From NCBI GenBank assembly GCA_900547775.1, contig URHW01000004.1, positions 4,806 to 68,805 on the forward strand: a stretch of 64,000 nucleotides of DNA, in the 5' to 3' direction. This document shows, piece by piece, positions 1-9,958 of this stretch; position 1 is the first letter of the stretch; the number at the start of each line of letters is the position of its first letter. A program made the translations under genes and the position numbers. Origin of the DNA: an uncultured Mycoplasmatota bacterium. Lineage in GTDB: Bacteria > Bacillota_I > Bacilli_A > RF39 > UBA660. A model generated the notes under the pieces. That model worked only from the letters and a program-made list of their open reading frames with translations, did no database searches and was not told the DNA's origin.

Positions 1-20
1 TAAGTGGTATAATGATAAGA

Positions 21-605
21 CTAATGGTTTCCATGTTTTCTCCTTATGATGTAGTCTAGAGTAAGCCCGCCAATTGTAGAGCATGTAGTAGCAATGATGC
101 AGTATGGTAATACTACTGATGGATTAATACTTCCATAGAAGAGTCTTAATGATATTATGGTTGTTGGCACAATAGTTACTCCACTAGTGTTTAATACTAA
201 AAAGGTTATCATGGCTTCACTGGCAGTTTTTTTATCTTTATTTAATTTTTGAAGGCTTTCCATAGCTTTTAGACCAAATGGAGTTGCAGCGCTACCTAAG
301 CCAGCCATATTTGCAGCTATGTTACTTGCAATAAAACCAAGTGATTCATCACCATCTGGAACGCTAGGAAATATTTTTTTTAAAATTGGCGTCATTATTT
401 TGGATATCCAGGAAATAATACCTGCTTCTTCAGCTATTTTCATAAGTCCCATCCAAATTACTAGAAGTGGTAACATAGAGATAATTAAATCTAAAGCACT
501 TTTACCACTTAATAAAACCTCATTATTGATGGTGCAAAAGTCTTTATTAATAAAACTATAGATTATACCAACAATTATAAATATTCCCCAAATAATGTTT
601 ACCAT
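21..605 (-). CDS. Nucleoside-recognition (Gate) domain membrane protein, spore maturation protein SpmA-like
   Basis: 194 aa, polytopic and hydrophobic. The AANMAGLGSAATPFGLKAM motif is typical of SpmA/Gate-domain proteins. Confidence 0.45.
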   Translation of the reverse strand: MVNIIWGIFIIVGIIYSFINKDFCTINNEVLLSGKSALDLIISMLPLLVIWMGLMKIAEEAGIISWISKIMTPILKKIFPSVPDGDESLGFIASNIAANMAGLGSAATPFGLKAMESLQKLNKDKKTASEAMITFLVLNTSGVTIVPTTIISLRLFYGSINPSVVLPYCIIATTCSTIGGLTLDYIIRRKHGNH

Positions 606-1657
606 AATTCTTTTAACCTTTTAATAAGTCTTTGCCAGAAGTTAAGTTTAACTTCTTCTTTTTGAGGTTTATCTTTAATATAAATGTCTTCACTAAAATA
701 CTCTTTACCATCTAAACTAACACTAATTTTACCAATTACTTTAGAAGCACTGTTATCATAATAACTTATTTCTTTTTTGATACGTTTATATTCATCTTTA
801 GTTAAACTCATTTTAAATGATTTATCTACATAACTATTATCGTATTTGGTTTCAAGATAACCTTCACTTACAAGTTCATACTTTTTTAGTACACCAAAAT
901 ACTTCTCATATAAATCTTTATGATCACCAAAGTCATTGCCATCATTAAATGTAACTACTGTTAGATTAACTCCATCTTTACTAGCATTAGTAACAAGGGT
1001 TCTTCTAGCTCTTTCGGTAAATCCCGTTTTACCACCAACACAATATTTATAACTTGATAATAACTTATTTTTATTATGCCAAACATAAGTCTTTAAATCG
1101 GTTTTAACAGTGATGTCTTTTGTACCAACTATTTTTTTATATAATGAGTTATTAATTGCATAACTAGAAAGTAATGCCATATCATATACTGTACTTATAT
1201 TTGCATTATCTCCATCTTCTAGTCCTGAACTATTTACAAAATTAGTATTATTCATGCCTAAATCTTTTGCTTTATTATTCATTAGAAAAGCAAAGCCTTC
1301 CATTGATCCAGCAACATGATAAGCAAGAGCGATTGCTGCGTCATTACCACTTCTAAGCATAAGCCCATATAATAAATCTAAAACACTTATCTTTTCACCA
1401 ACACTTACATAAATACCACTACCAAAACTTTTTAGAACTTCTTCACCTATCGTAATATTTTTATTAACATTAGAAGTTTCAATAACAACCGTACTAGTCA
1501 TTATTTTAGTAATAGAAGCTATTAAACTTTTTTTATTAATATTACTACCTTCTAGAACCCTATTATTATCACTATCCATAACAATATAAGAACTAGCACT
1601 AATTGCTTTAACATTTAATGGAATAACTATAATTAAAAGTAATATTATCTTTTTCAT
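599..1657 (-). CDS. D-alanyl-D-alanine carboxypeptidase (PBP5/serine-type)
   Basis: Signal peptide. Motifs SITK (SxxK), SGND (SxN) and KTGFT (KTG) are present. The internal Met at 1657 (MKKIILLL) is the probable true start. Confidence 0.8.
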   Translation of the reverse strand: MKKIILLLIIVIPLNVKAISASSYIVMDSDNNRVLEGSNINKKSLIASITKIMTSTVVIETSNVNKNITIGEEVLKSFGSGIYVSVGEKISVLDLLYGLMLRSGNDAAIALAYHVAGSMEGFAFLMNNKAKDLGMNNTNFVNSSGLEDGDNANISTVYDMALLSSYAINNSLYKKIVGTKDITVKTDLKTYVWHNKNKLLSSYKYCVGGKTGFTERARRTLVTNASKDGVNLTVVTFNDGNDFGDHKDLYEKYFGVLKKYELVSEGYLETKYDNSYVDKSFKMSLTKDEYKRIKKEISYYDNSASKVIGKISVSLDGKEYFSEDIYIKDKPQKEEVKLNFWQRLIKRLKELW

Positions 1658-1685
1658 AATAAAAATATATTCCATAAAAAAAGAT

Positions 1686-1701
1686 GTATGACTAAACATA
1701 C
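1686..1701 (-). terminator. Hairpin plus T-run downstream of paralog-1 stop
   Basis: Inverted repeat gtatg-actaaa-catac, followed on the minus strand by a T-run. Confidence 0.4.
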
Positions 1702-1703
1702 AC

Positions 1704-3578
1704 CTATTTTACAACGTAAGGATCTTCTGAGGTGCCAGAGCCAGTTACTTCAACATTAGATGCAAGAGAAATTGATGGTCTCAAACCGATAACGGAACCA
1801 GCATAACTATAGAAAAGTTTTCCTGAACTGATGGCCCATAAGTAAGTATTAGAACCGAAATAACTAGGAGATAATGACCACCATACAGTAGTTCCTGTAT
1901 TCTCATATATATACGTAGAACGATTATAAGTATTATAAATAGAGCCAGAAAATGCTATTTCGTCTGCAGTTAATAAGCCTATTTTATAGGTTAGATTTCC
2001 ATTACCATTTGTTGTATCACTTACAGTAAATTTAGATAACTTCCCTCCATTATTATCGTCTAGACATTTTAGCGTTGGTATTTTAGTAGAAACTAATCTG
2101 ATACGCACGTCATAATTTGTAAGATCAGTTCCATATCCATGACCACTAGAAATACTTTTATCATTGCACCATATTGTATCTGCTAGTTTACTTTCATATT
2201 CAGTTAAATTATTTTTATACCAAGTTTCTAAATTTGTAAGGATTGTACTTTTATTTGTATTTGCATGCGTGCTTGCATAATCACTTGCACCAGTTGTTCC
2301 ATACATAAAACCAATATATGCGTTATCGTCATAACTTGAATTAAATGCAGTTTTATACGAATTTTCAGAATACCTTGCAAAAGCTGCTGTTTTACTATTA
2401 TTTGATGCAGAGCAAGGATTAGAAACATTAGATATATTATCATTATGGAGTACAAGTTTAATAGAACCATCACCAGTTATTCTTACTATTCTCCAACACT
2501 TATTTGCAAACTGTACGTAATTATTATTTATAGCACCTCTAAAATAATAACTAGTTCCATAATCATCTTCAGCGCTTGCTAAAATTGCCTCTGTTGTATT
2601 TTTATTGGAAGTTAATTTCTTATATACAAAACTATCTGATGTAGCACTTACTACATAATATACACTGTCTAAATTAGTTGTAGTCTGCATATCTCCTGCT
2701 GTACTTGAGCCTGTATCTGATAAATTCTGACTAGTCAAATATTTACCAACTAAACTTGAATATGAATTAGCATATGTATTATTTGTTACTGCTGTTCCGG
2801 TTAAATCAAACTTCGTACCATTTGCTGTCCACCCTGTACCATATGTTACATAATATGCTTGATATGCTGATGATACAGATGAAGTTTCACTTTCTGTGTC
2901 ATCCAAAGTATATGCACTAACTTCACTACCAGGCACTGTTAAAGGCTCTACTACTTTATTATCAGCAAGTATCGCTTCGTTAAGTGGCATTCCATCAGAT
3001 GCTTCACCAATAACTACTATCTTACCCTCCCATGATTTACCTAATCCTTGATCTAGTGTTACATTTTCATCCATCCAAAGTCTTAAATCAAAACTCTTCT
3101 CTTCATTAGCTTGTAACCCTGTATTAACAATTATATACCCTTTTCTATTATTATCTAAATCTGTTAACTTCTTACTACCTAGTACTATAGACTGTCCATC
3201 AGTAGTTCCTTTAGGTGATATATTAACCTTAATATAATTATCATCTAAATATTTTGTTCCTAAATTACCTCTATGTTCACTATCAATTGTAATATATAGT
3301 CTTATATAGCTACTACAATTATTTTTAAGTGTAAAAGTAAATGGCGTTCCTTTCAATCCTTCACTATCAACTACTGGATAAGCATTCTCTAAAACAATCT
3401 TTTCAGTGTTTTCAGTTAAACTAGTATCAAAACAAGTCCTTGATACAAGAGTATTATTATCACTTTGTTTTAAAAACAATTGAAAAAATGCATATGATAC
3501 ACCAATAATACATATCACAGTAACTAAAAGAGAAAAATAAATCCTAATCTTCTTTTTATCTTTAATAATTTCTTCCAT
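1704..3578 (-). CDS. Paralog 1 of a hypervariable-C-terminus surface protein family (membrane-anchored; DUF1566/C-type-lectin-like C-terminal domain inferred)
   Basis: N-terminal signal-anchor. The N-domain (TRTC..TLTE..PFTFTLKNNC..FDLRLW) is shared with 9959-11542 and 19816-21687. The conserved core FANKCWRIVRITGDGS..LHNDN and a C-terminal YWWSLSP..RPSISL cassette are present. Confidence 0.7.
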   Translation of the reverse strand: MEEIIKDKKKIRIYFSLLVTVICIIGVSYAFFQLFLKQSDNNTLVSRTCFDTSLTENTEKIVLENAYPVVDSEGLKGTPFTFTLKNNCSSYIRLYITIDSEHRGNLGTKYLDDNYIKVNISPKGTTDGQSIVLGSKKLTDLDNNRKGYIIVNTGLQANEEKSFDLRLWMDENVTLDQGLGKSWEGKIVVIGEASDGMPLNEAILADNKVVEPLTVPGSEVSAYTLDDTESETSSVSSAYQAYYVTYGTGWTANGTKFDLTGTAVTNNTYANSYSSLVGKYLTSQNLSDTGSSTAGDMQTTTNLDSVYYVVSATSDSFVYKKLTSNKNTTEAILASAEDDYGTSYYFRGAINNNYVQFANKCWRIVRITGDGSIKLVLHNDNISNVSNPCSASNNSKTAAFARYSENSYKTAFNSSYDDNAYIGFMYGTTGASDYASTHANTNKSTILTNLETWYKNNLTEYESKLADTIWCNDKSISSGHGYGTDLTNYDVRIRLVSTKIPTLKCLDDNNGGKLSKFTVSDTTNGNGNLTYKIGLLTADEIAFSGSIYNTYNRSTYIYENTGTTVWWSLSPSYFGSNTYLWAISSGKLFYSYAGSVIGLRPSISLASNVEVTGSGTSEDPYVVK

Positions 3579-3645
3579 CCTTTTACCCTACTTTCATAAA
3601 ATTATTATATCAAATTATTAATAATTAAAAAAGAAGAAATACAAT

Positions 3646-4260
3646 TTAATTCTTCTGTATTTCTTCAATTATTTTATAAACTTCCGTATAAGGATTAGTT
3701 TCAACCGTCTGTAGTATTCTTCCATTTTCTAATTGAAATTTTTCTAATCTTTTAGCATTAACAATTGCTTTATTTGTATTATTGCAAATCAAAGGATAAA
3801 TATCATAACTTTTATTATAACCAGCACAATGTTTTTTTAATTCTTCTATTACTTCATCATTACTGGAATATTGCGCCGTAGAATAACGATAATGCAATAA
3901 AAACCAAACCTCTACACAAGGTGCTGATACTATAGGAATAATATTATTTTCCTTTGCTAATCTTATTGCTTCACATATTTGTGAATTTTTTTCTGGCTTA
4001 ACATCCGTATCAAACATACAAAATGCTCTGTCATCACCAGTTAAGTCTAAAGATTCTTCTTTAACTTTTGCTATAGTATGCTCCACTAAACTAATTGGAT
4101 CAGTATCATTACCAGGAACTTTTCTAATCACATAATTATTATCTCTTCCATTATAATTTCCTAAGTAGATATCTTCTGTTTTATTTTTACCTTCATAAGA
4201 AACTAATATTGCTCTTTTTGATATTCTGTTTTTTCTATTTCTCTGCCTATCACTACTCAT
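3646..4260 (-). CDS. RloB-like (Toprim-like) protein, partner of AAA_21 ATPase
   Basis: 204 aa. The N-terminal R-rich segment is followed by ILVSYEGKNKTEDIYLG, resembling the RloB consensus ILIVCEGEKTE. It overlaps the upstream ATPase by 4 nt. Confidence 0.6.
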   Translation of the reverse strand: MSSDRQRNRKNRISKRAILVSYEGKNKTEDIYLGNYNGRDNNYVIRKVPGNDTDPISLVEHTIAKVKEESLDLTGDDRAFCMFDTDVKPEKNSQICEAIRLAKENNIIPIVSAPCVEVWFLLHYRYSTAQYSSNDEVIEELKKHCAGYNKSYDIYPLICNNTNKAIVNAKRLEKFQLENGRILQTVETNPYTEVYKIIEEIQKN

Positions 4261-5492
4261 AAATCAAAATTATTAGTTAAAAATGGAATTGCACCATACC
4301 TCCCTAACAAATATCCTTTCTCTACATTTTCAAGTTTTCTTACTGAGAAATCATCTAAAGGATATATTGCACTAGAACCATCATCCGGATTCTTTTCTGC
4401 AAACCAAATCTGATCTCTACGTAATATTTCTAAATTAAGTAAATTAGTATCATGTGTATTAAATATTAACTGAGCACCATTCTTATTAACTTCTGGATTA
4501 TTAAATATCTCAACCAAATACTTTACTATAAATGGATGTAAACTCTTATCAAATTCATCATAAATAAGAACCTTACCATTATCTAAAACATCTTTTAAAA
4601 CTGGTATAAAAGAAAATATAACCTGTGTTCCAAGTGATTCTTCATTAATATCAAATTCATACTTATGTCCATGAATCTCATGAACCGTACTTACTTTAAA
4701 TAAAGATGAATTTAAAGGAATAATAAACCTAAAAGTATCTGGTACTCTATTTAAAATATCTTCAGTCATCTTCTCTTCAGTAACTTTATAATCATCAATA
4801 TTAAAATCTGCTTTTTTTAAAAATCCAAGTGCAAAATCTCTTAACTTATTATCTTTATCTTTTGAATACATATTATAAGAATAATTATTTACTTGTTCAT
4901 AAGACATAATAACACCTAACTTCTCAGTTAAGAAATCAAATGCTGGTTTGGTCTTATCATAATTCCAGTTAGTTGCTGTAGCTACAAAAAATTTATTTGC
5001 TGAATTCTTACTCTTGATATCATTCAATATTCGCTCATCACTAGCATTAAAAGAATATTCATTAGTATTCTTTCTTTCAAATATCTTAGTAGGTCTACCA
5101 TTAGGATAATAATATAAGCTCTCTTCATAAACATATAAATTATCAGCACTAAAAGCATAAACATATCTTATACCATCGTATATAAATTTTATTTCAAACT
5201 CACTAGGTTTATCAGAGGTATCTTCACTTAACTTAAAAGGACTAATTGGCATTGCCATATTAGGAGTTCTGTAATTAGACCCTTTAATTATTGAACCAAC
5301 AATTGCGATTATTTTAAATAAATTAGTCTTACCAGAAGCATTAGCTCCATATAAAGCAGTAGTTCTTAAAAGCCTCTCTCCACCAACTTCCATAACATTA
5401 TTTAAAAGTTCCTTATCACTTGAAGCAACCATACTAAATGTATTCTTATCCTTAAAAGATAAAAAATTTGTAACACTAAACTCTATAAGCAT
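4257..5492 (-). CDS. AAA_21/ABC-type ATPase (OLD/PARIS-AriA-like), candidate defence ATPase
   Basis: Walker A GANASGKTNLF. The central region is long, and C-terminal Walker B/D-loop-like motifs (LIYDEFDKSLHP, FNTHD) are present. It is translationally coupled to the RloB-like gene. Confidence 0.6.
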   Translation of the reverse strand: MLIEFSVTNFLSFKDKNTFSMVASSDKELLNNVMEVGGERLLRTTALYGANASGKTNLFKIIAIVGSIIKGSNYRTPNMAMPISPFKLSEDTSDKPSEFEIKFIYDGIRYVYAFSADNLYVYEESLYYYPNGRPTKIFERKNTNEYSFNASDERILNDIKSKNSANKFFVATATNWNYDKTKPAFDFLTEKLGVIMSYEQVNNYSYNMYSKDKDNKLRDFALGFLKKADFNIDDYKVTEEKMTEDILNRVPDTFRFIIPLNSSLFKVSTVHEIHGHKYEFDINEESLGTQVIFSFIPVLKDVLDNGKVLIYDEFDKSLHPFIVKYLVEIFNNPEVNKNGAQLIFNTHDTNLLNLEILRRDQIWFAEKNPDDGSSAIYPLDDFSVRKLENVEKGYLLGRYGAIPFLTNNFDL

Positions 5493-5638
5493 AGTATCAT
5501 TCCTCTCTAAATGTATTATATGTATTTTTTACTAATAAATCAATTATTTTTACTAATTATTATTAATTTTTTGCACAATTTATGCAAATTTTGCCATTTA
5601 ATTAATAAATTTTACCAATTAAAAAGAGACCTAAGTCT

Positions 5639-7516
5639 CTATTTAACCTCTATATACTTATTAGTTTTATATGCTATATCATTCTCAACAATGAAAATGT
5701 AATACTTACCTGCTTTTAAATCAATAACAGTCTTATCAACCTTACTCTTATCTTTTTCTTTAATAGTATAAACAGCACCATCACTACTATCATTAATAAG
5801 TATCATCTTGGCTTCATCTATATCCATAAATAAAGCATTATTAGTAACAATATTATCACTATAACCAAAGTCTAAACTAATCTCATCACTAGCACTAGCA
5901 ATCTTACTAATAACATCACTAGTAATATCTTCTTTAGGACTAGCTTCTAATGTTGTATAACCTTTAACAGTAGTAAAATCAAAACTTACATCACCATTTA
6001 AATTAACCTTAGTAACAGAATAATAAGCACCCTTAATTCTAAGATTTAAAGTCTCCTTATTATTAGTAACCTCTAATAGTGCAGAAGATAAATTTCCATA
6101 TTCATGAATACTTCCACCCTTACTATAATCTACTCCATCAAGTTCTCTACCAAATAAGATAATATCTTTTCCATTACCAACAGTCTTTAAATCACCTAAA
6201 GCATAACTAAAATACTTCTTATTATCATTATAACTATTAGTAAGTGCTATTTTCTTATCAGTAATAGTATAAGTATTAACGCTAGAATATGAGCCCTTTA
6301 AATTACTTAAATCAGTCTCATTCTTAATAGTACTATAACCATTATCTAAAACCTTTAAAGTATCACCAGAAAGTTTAGCTTGATGCATTGCTTTTGGATA
6401 AACAAAACCATCATCACCCTTTAATAAATAACTATCAAATGTACTAGGTAAATTATCTGGATTAGTAAAGATCCAATTAATCTTAGAATCACTATAGTCT
6501 ATAGATACAACCATTTCTCCACCCCAGTAAGTTAATAATAATGTATCAGTATCTTCATAATACTCTATACCAGAGTTATAAAAGTAATCATCTCTTTCAA
6601 TACCATCAGTAAATGACTTATCAATACTTTCAAATAACTTATAAACATCTATTTGTTTAACTATCTTACCAGTATTCTTATCTATCTCAAGTACTAAATC
6701 AGATATTGTAATTCTATCAGCATTCTTACTAGTAACAATAATATTACCATTACTCTTAACAAAGAAATCATTTAAATATCCACTATCTATTGTATATTCA
6801 TTATAAATTCTTCCTAAATAGTCAATTTCGCGAATAACTGTAGGTAAACCACTAGTACTATCAGTATCAATACCAATAAGTAAATGTCCATTATCTAACA
6901 CTTTAATATTATGATAATAAGTATCATTAAGCATCCATCTAACATTACCATAACCATCTAACCCAAATGAATTCATACTAATTGGACTAGTAAGTAAATA
7001 TAAATCACCTGGAGTAGTAACATTACCACTTTTGGTAGTAACACTAGGAACTTCTACTTTATCAATCTTAATTTTAAATTCTTTAGTAATTTTATCACCC
7101 AACGTAACTACTACTGTATTTTCATAATCTGAATATAAACCATAAACAGGAATATAATGATAATTACTCTTACCATAATTTATTGTAAAATCATCATTAT
7201 TCTTTCCTTTAACAGTTACACTAACTTCCAGACTCTTATCTGTATAAAAGATAATCATTGCACTAAGAGGATTCGCATTATAAGGATTAACATAAACCTT
7301 AGCTCTATCTAAAGTATATTTATTCTTAACAAGTTCATCCTTTAAATAATTATCAACCTCAGCTTGTTCTTTACTACTTAAACTTTGACCAATAACTGTA
7401 TCACCATTAAGTAAATTCTCATGTGTCTTACCACTAAAATACTTAACTAATAATGCACCTACTATAACTACAATAAGTACACCTATTAAAATATAATTCT
7501 TTTTATTCTCCATCAT
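5639..7516 (-). CDS. Membrane-anchored extracellular protein, hypothetical (beta-rich; possibly arylsulfotransferase-like propeller)
   Basis: 625 aa with an N-terminal TM anchor (YILIGVLIVVIVGALLV). It is rich in Y/N/D/G/T. Any fold assignment is weak. Confidence 0.3.
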   Translation of the reverse strand: MMENKKNYILIGVLIVVIVGALLVKYFSGKTHENLLNGDTVIGQSLSSKEQAEVDNYLKDELVKNKYTLDRAKVYVNPYNANPLSAMIIFYTDKSLEVSVTVKGKNNDDFTINYGKSNYHYIPVYGLYSDYENTVVVTLGDKITKEFKIKIDKVEVPSVTTKSGNVTTPGDLYLLTSPISMNSFGLDGYGNVRWMLNDTYYHNIKVLDNGHLLIGIDTDSTSGLPTVIREIDYLGRIYNEYTIDSGYLNDFFVKSNGNIIVTSKNADRITISDLVLEIDKNTGKIVKQIDVYKLFESIDKSFTDGIERDDYFYNSGIEYYEDTDTLLLTYWGGEMVVSIDYSDSKINWIFTNPDNLPSTFDSYLLKGDDGFVYPKAMHQAKLSGDTLKVLDNGYSTIKNETDLSNLKGSYSSVNTYTITDKKIALTNSYNDNKKYFSYALGDLKTVGNGKDIILFGRELDGVDYSKGGSIHEYGNLSSALLEVTNNKETLNLRIKGAYYSVTKVNLNGDVSFDFTTVKGYTTLEASPKEDITSDVISKIASASDEISLDFGYSDNIVTNNALFMDIDEAKMILINDSSDGAVYTIKEKDKSKVDKTVIDLKAGKYYIFIVENDIAYKTNKYIEVK

Positions 7517-7521
7517 CTCAC

Positions 7522-9243
7522 CTACTTTACAATAAATGGATTACTACTAGTTCCATTTCCACCAATAATCTTAGCATTCTTAAGTTGTAATGTTGGTCTT
7601 ACTTTATTAGTATCAGTAACAACACTAGCAGTATCAGTACCACCACCATATGATTTATATGATCCACCAGTAGCAACTGCATAACTACTACTATTAACAT
7701 AATTATTATAAACATGAGCTTCCGGAGTACCATAGTTAAAGTTTGAAGTATCCATATTAAATCCAGTAATCTCAATTAACCAGAAATTCTTACCAGCATT
7801 ACTATTATTAGTTAAATAACTTCTATAACAATTATTACCATTACAATTAGCAACTTTACTATAATCATTCTTACTCATAAGAGCAACCTTAGTATTAAGT
7901 GATCCACCACCAAATACAGTACCAGAAATATATTGATTCTCTACATATCTAGGATTAACTGCACTATAGAAACTATTAACTACATTATCCATAGTATAAC
8001 TAAATGAACCATTCAAATTATGTCCACCTAATCCTTGATAATAATATCTTCCACCATTACAGCATCCACTATACTTACAAGCACCAACTTGTCCATAAAC
8101 TAAATCAGTTCTATTATTATAACTATAAGGATCATTAGCAATTATCTTAATACTATTACCTTTTCTATGATAAATTCTAAATACATAAGAATTATTATTA
8201 AACTTCAAATAATTACTTTCAACTTCACCTTTGTAATAACACTCATCACTCTTACCTGTTTCAGGTGTACAATCATTATTAATAAAATCAATCAAATTAT
8301 CACTAACAACATAATCTAAAGTAAATGGACTAGGAACAGAACCATCACTATTAGTCTTATTATAAGTAATTATTGCACTCTTACTACCAATTGGTTCAGT
8401 AACAAAACCTTTCATTGTAAAATCTGTAATATTATCTACAGGACTAGTAAATTCTTTCTTAGTACCATTCTTATAAGTAACAATTAATGTGACCTTAGTA
8501 TCCTTAGCCCCAAGAACTATCTTATTACCATTCTCATTTAAATAAGCCGTAAAACTATCAACATCAGTCTCACTAGCAGCAACATATACATTTCTAGTCT
8601 TACTAACACTCTTACCATTATAAGTATAAGTATAAACAACACTATAAGTACCAGCCTTAGTAACATCAACATTACAACTAGTAACCTTAATACTATCTCC
8701 CTTAACTAAAGGATAAGTCTTACTAGCATCATTTAAATCAGTTAATACTAACTTACCATACTTAGGATCACTACCATTTAAACCCTTAAACTCATTTTCT
8801 TCAGTACACCAATTACTACCACTAGCATCATAAGCTAAATAAATAGAATCAGCAACTAAATAAGTATTAGTTTCATCTGGTGGATTAAGTTCAAACTCTG
8901 TAGCACCAGTACCACCATTTAAAGTAACACGAACTATTTCATCATCTTTATACTTTTCGCTAGTTTCCTTATTAGTAATATCTTCACTAAGTAGTCCATT
9001 ACTCCTCAAATCACCAATAGTAATATCTACAAAATTATATCCTTCATATAGTTTCTCGATCTCACTCTTATTAGCACTAACATAAGCATCTGCTGCACTA
9101 AGTATCTGCTTAACTGTATCTTTATTATTCTCTTTAGGATCATTCTTACCAACCAAATTAACAATAAAAATACCAACAATAACTGCAATCAGTGCTATAA
9201 CCGCAATTATCTCTACTAATGTAAATCCTTTCTTATTCTTCAT
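7522..9243 (-). CDS. Prepilin-type N-terminal cleavage/methylation domain protein (large type IV pilin-like)
   Basis: N-terminus MKNKKGFTLVEIIAVIALIAVIV is a class III signal (G-F-T-L-V-E plus a hydrophobic helix). The C-terminal region is a 540-aa beta-rich segment. Confidence 0.75.
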   Translation of the reverse strand: MKNKKGFTLVEIIAVIALIAVIVGIFIVNLVGKNDPKENNKDTVKQILSAADAYVSANKSEIEKLYEGYNFVDITIGDLRSNGLLSEDITNKETSEKYKDDEIVRVTLNGGTGATEFELNPPDETNTYLVADSIYLAYDASGSNWCTEENEFKGLNGSDPKYGKLVLTDLNDASKTYPLVKGDSIKVTSCNVDVTKAGTYSVVYTYTYNGKSVSKTRNVYVAASETDVDSFTAYLNENGNKIVLGAKDTKVTLIVTYKNGTKKEFTSPVDNITDFTMKGFVTEPIGSKSAIITYNKTNSDGSVPSPFTLDYVVSDNLIDFINNDCTPETGKSDECYYKGEVESNYLKFNNNSYVFRIYHRKGNSIKIIANDPYSYNNRTDLVYGQVGACKYSGCCNGGRYYYQGLGGHNLNGSFSYTMDNVVNSFYSAVNPRYVENQYISGTVFGGGSLNTKVALMSKNDYSKVANCNGNNCYRSYLTNNSNAGKNFWLIEITGFNMDTSNFNYGTPEAHVYNNYVNSSSYAVATGGSYKSYGGGTDTASVVTDTNKVRPTLQLKNAKIIGGNGTSSNPFIVK

Positions 9244-9251
9244 AAATCCTC

Positions 9252-9818
9252 CTATTTAATTTCCAATATATTATCATGCACAGCACTTGACTTCTCATCA
9301 AAATATCCTAGCATGCTAACACTAAAATCATCAGTTAACCTTTTAAAAGAAATATAAACATTCCCCTTATCAAAATTAACACTTACTCCAGTGACATAAC
9401 CATCACTCACACTTAAATAACAATCATTAGCTTTGCCTTTAATAAACAAACTCTTCAAAAACTCCGGACTAGCTTCACATCTATACCCATCACCACTTTC
9501 ATCTATCTTAAACTTACTAACAATATCACCTAAATTAACATAACTAACATTAGTATCATATCTATAATAACCACCATCTAAAGCATAATACATTCCCTTA
9601 CTATCCATATAGACAGTTCCATCATCATAAATAACCCTACCAACACTCCCATCATAATCAAAACTCCTAGAATAACTATCACCATCATACATAATACCTA
9701 TCCTAGCACTATACTTATCATATACCTTAACACTATCACCCTTATTATAAAAAACAACAAAGATAACCAAACATATAACAACAAGTATACCTATCAAATA
9801 AATATATTTCTTTTTCAT
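9252..9818 (-). CDS. Membrane-anchored hypothetical protein
   Basis: Start chosen at MKKKYIYLIGILVV (TM anchor). The domain is Y/D/G-rich. Confidence 0.4.
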   Translation of the reverse strand: MKKKYIYLIGILVVICLVIFVVFYNKGDSVKVYDKYSARIGIMYDGDSYSRSFDYDGSVGRVIYDDGTVYMDSKGMYYALDGGYYRYDTNVSYVNLGDIVSKFKIDESGDGYRCEASPEFLKSLFIKGKANDCYLSVSDGYVTGVSVNFDKGNVYISFKRLTDDFSVSMLGYFDEKSSAVHDNILEIK

Positions 9819-9958
9819 AATCACCACCAATGTTGAAAACACGTACCAAAAACCTCTACTATTATTATTTATCTCTCTCGCCTGTCCGTTTGTCACTCGA
9901 AGGGTTTCTCAAAGGCTTTTGCGACTGACGATTTCGACCTTATAATTCTTTGCCCTGT

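Noticed and set aside
2228-2473. Short ORFs nested inside large genes (2228-2473, 15138-15344, 16394-16609, 20220-20426, 48326-48511, 48681-49058, 49860-50102, 52974-53240, 56316-56582, 58320-58538, and others)
   Set aside because: They lie out of frame or antisense within well-supported long CDSs and have no RBS or coding bias.
1704-3578. Paralog-family N-termini as class III (type IV pilin) signal peptides
   Set aside because: Sequences such as KKKIKIYYG-LLITLVV have a Gly but lack Glu at +5 and the G-F-T-L-[IV]-E pattern. They were treated as signal-anchors instead.
5639-7516. Arylsulfotransferase (ASST) assignment
   Set aside because: This is only a vague compositional and length resemblance. 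I could not recall diagnostic motifs.
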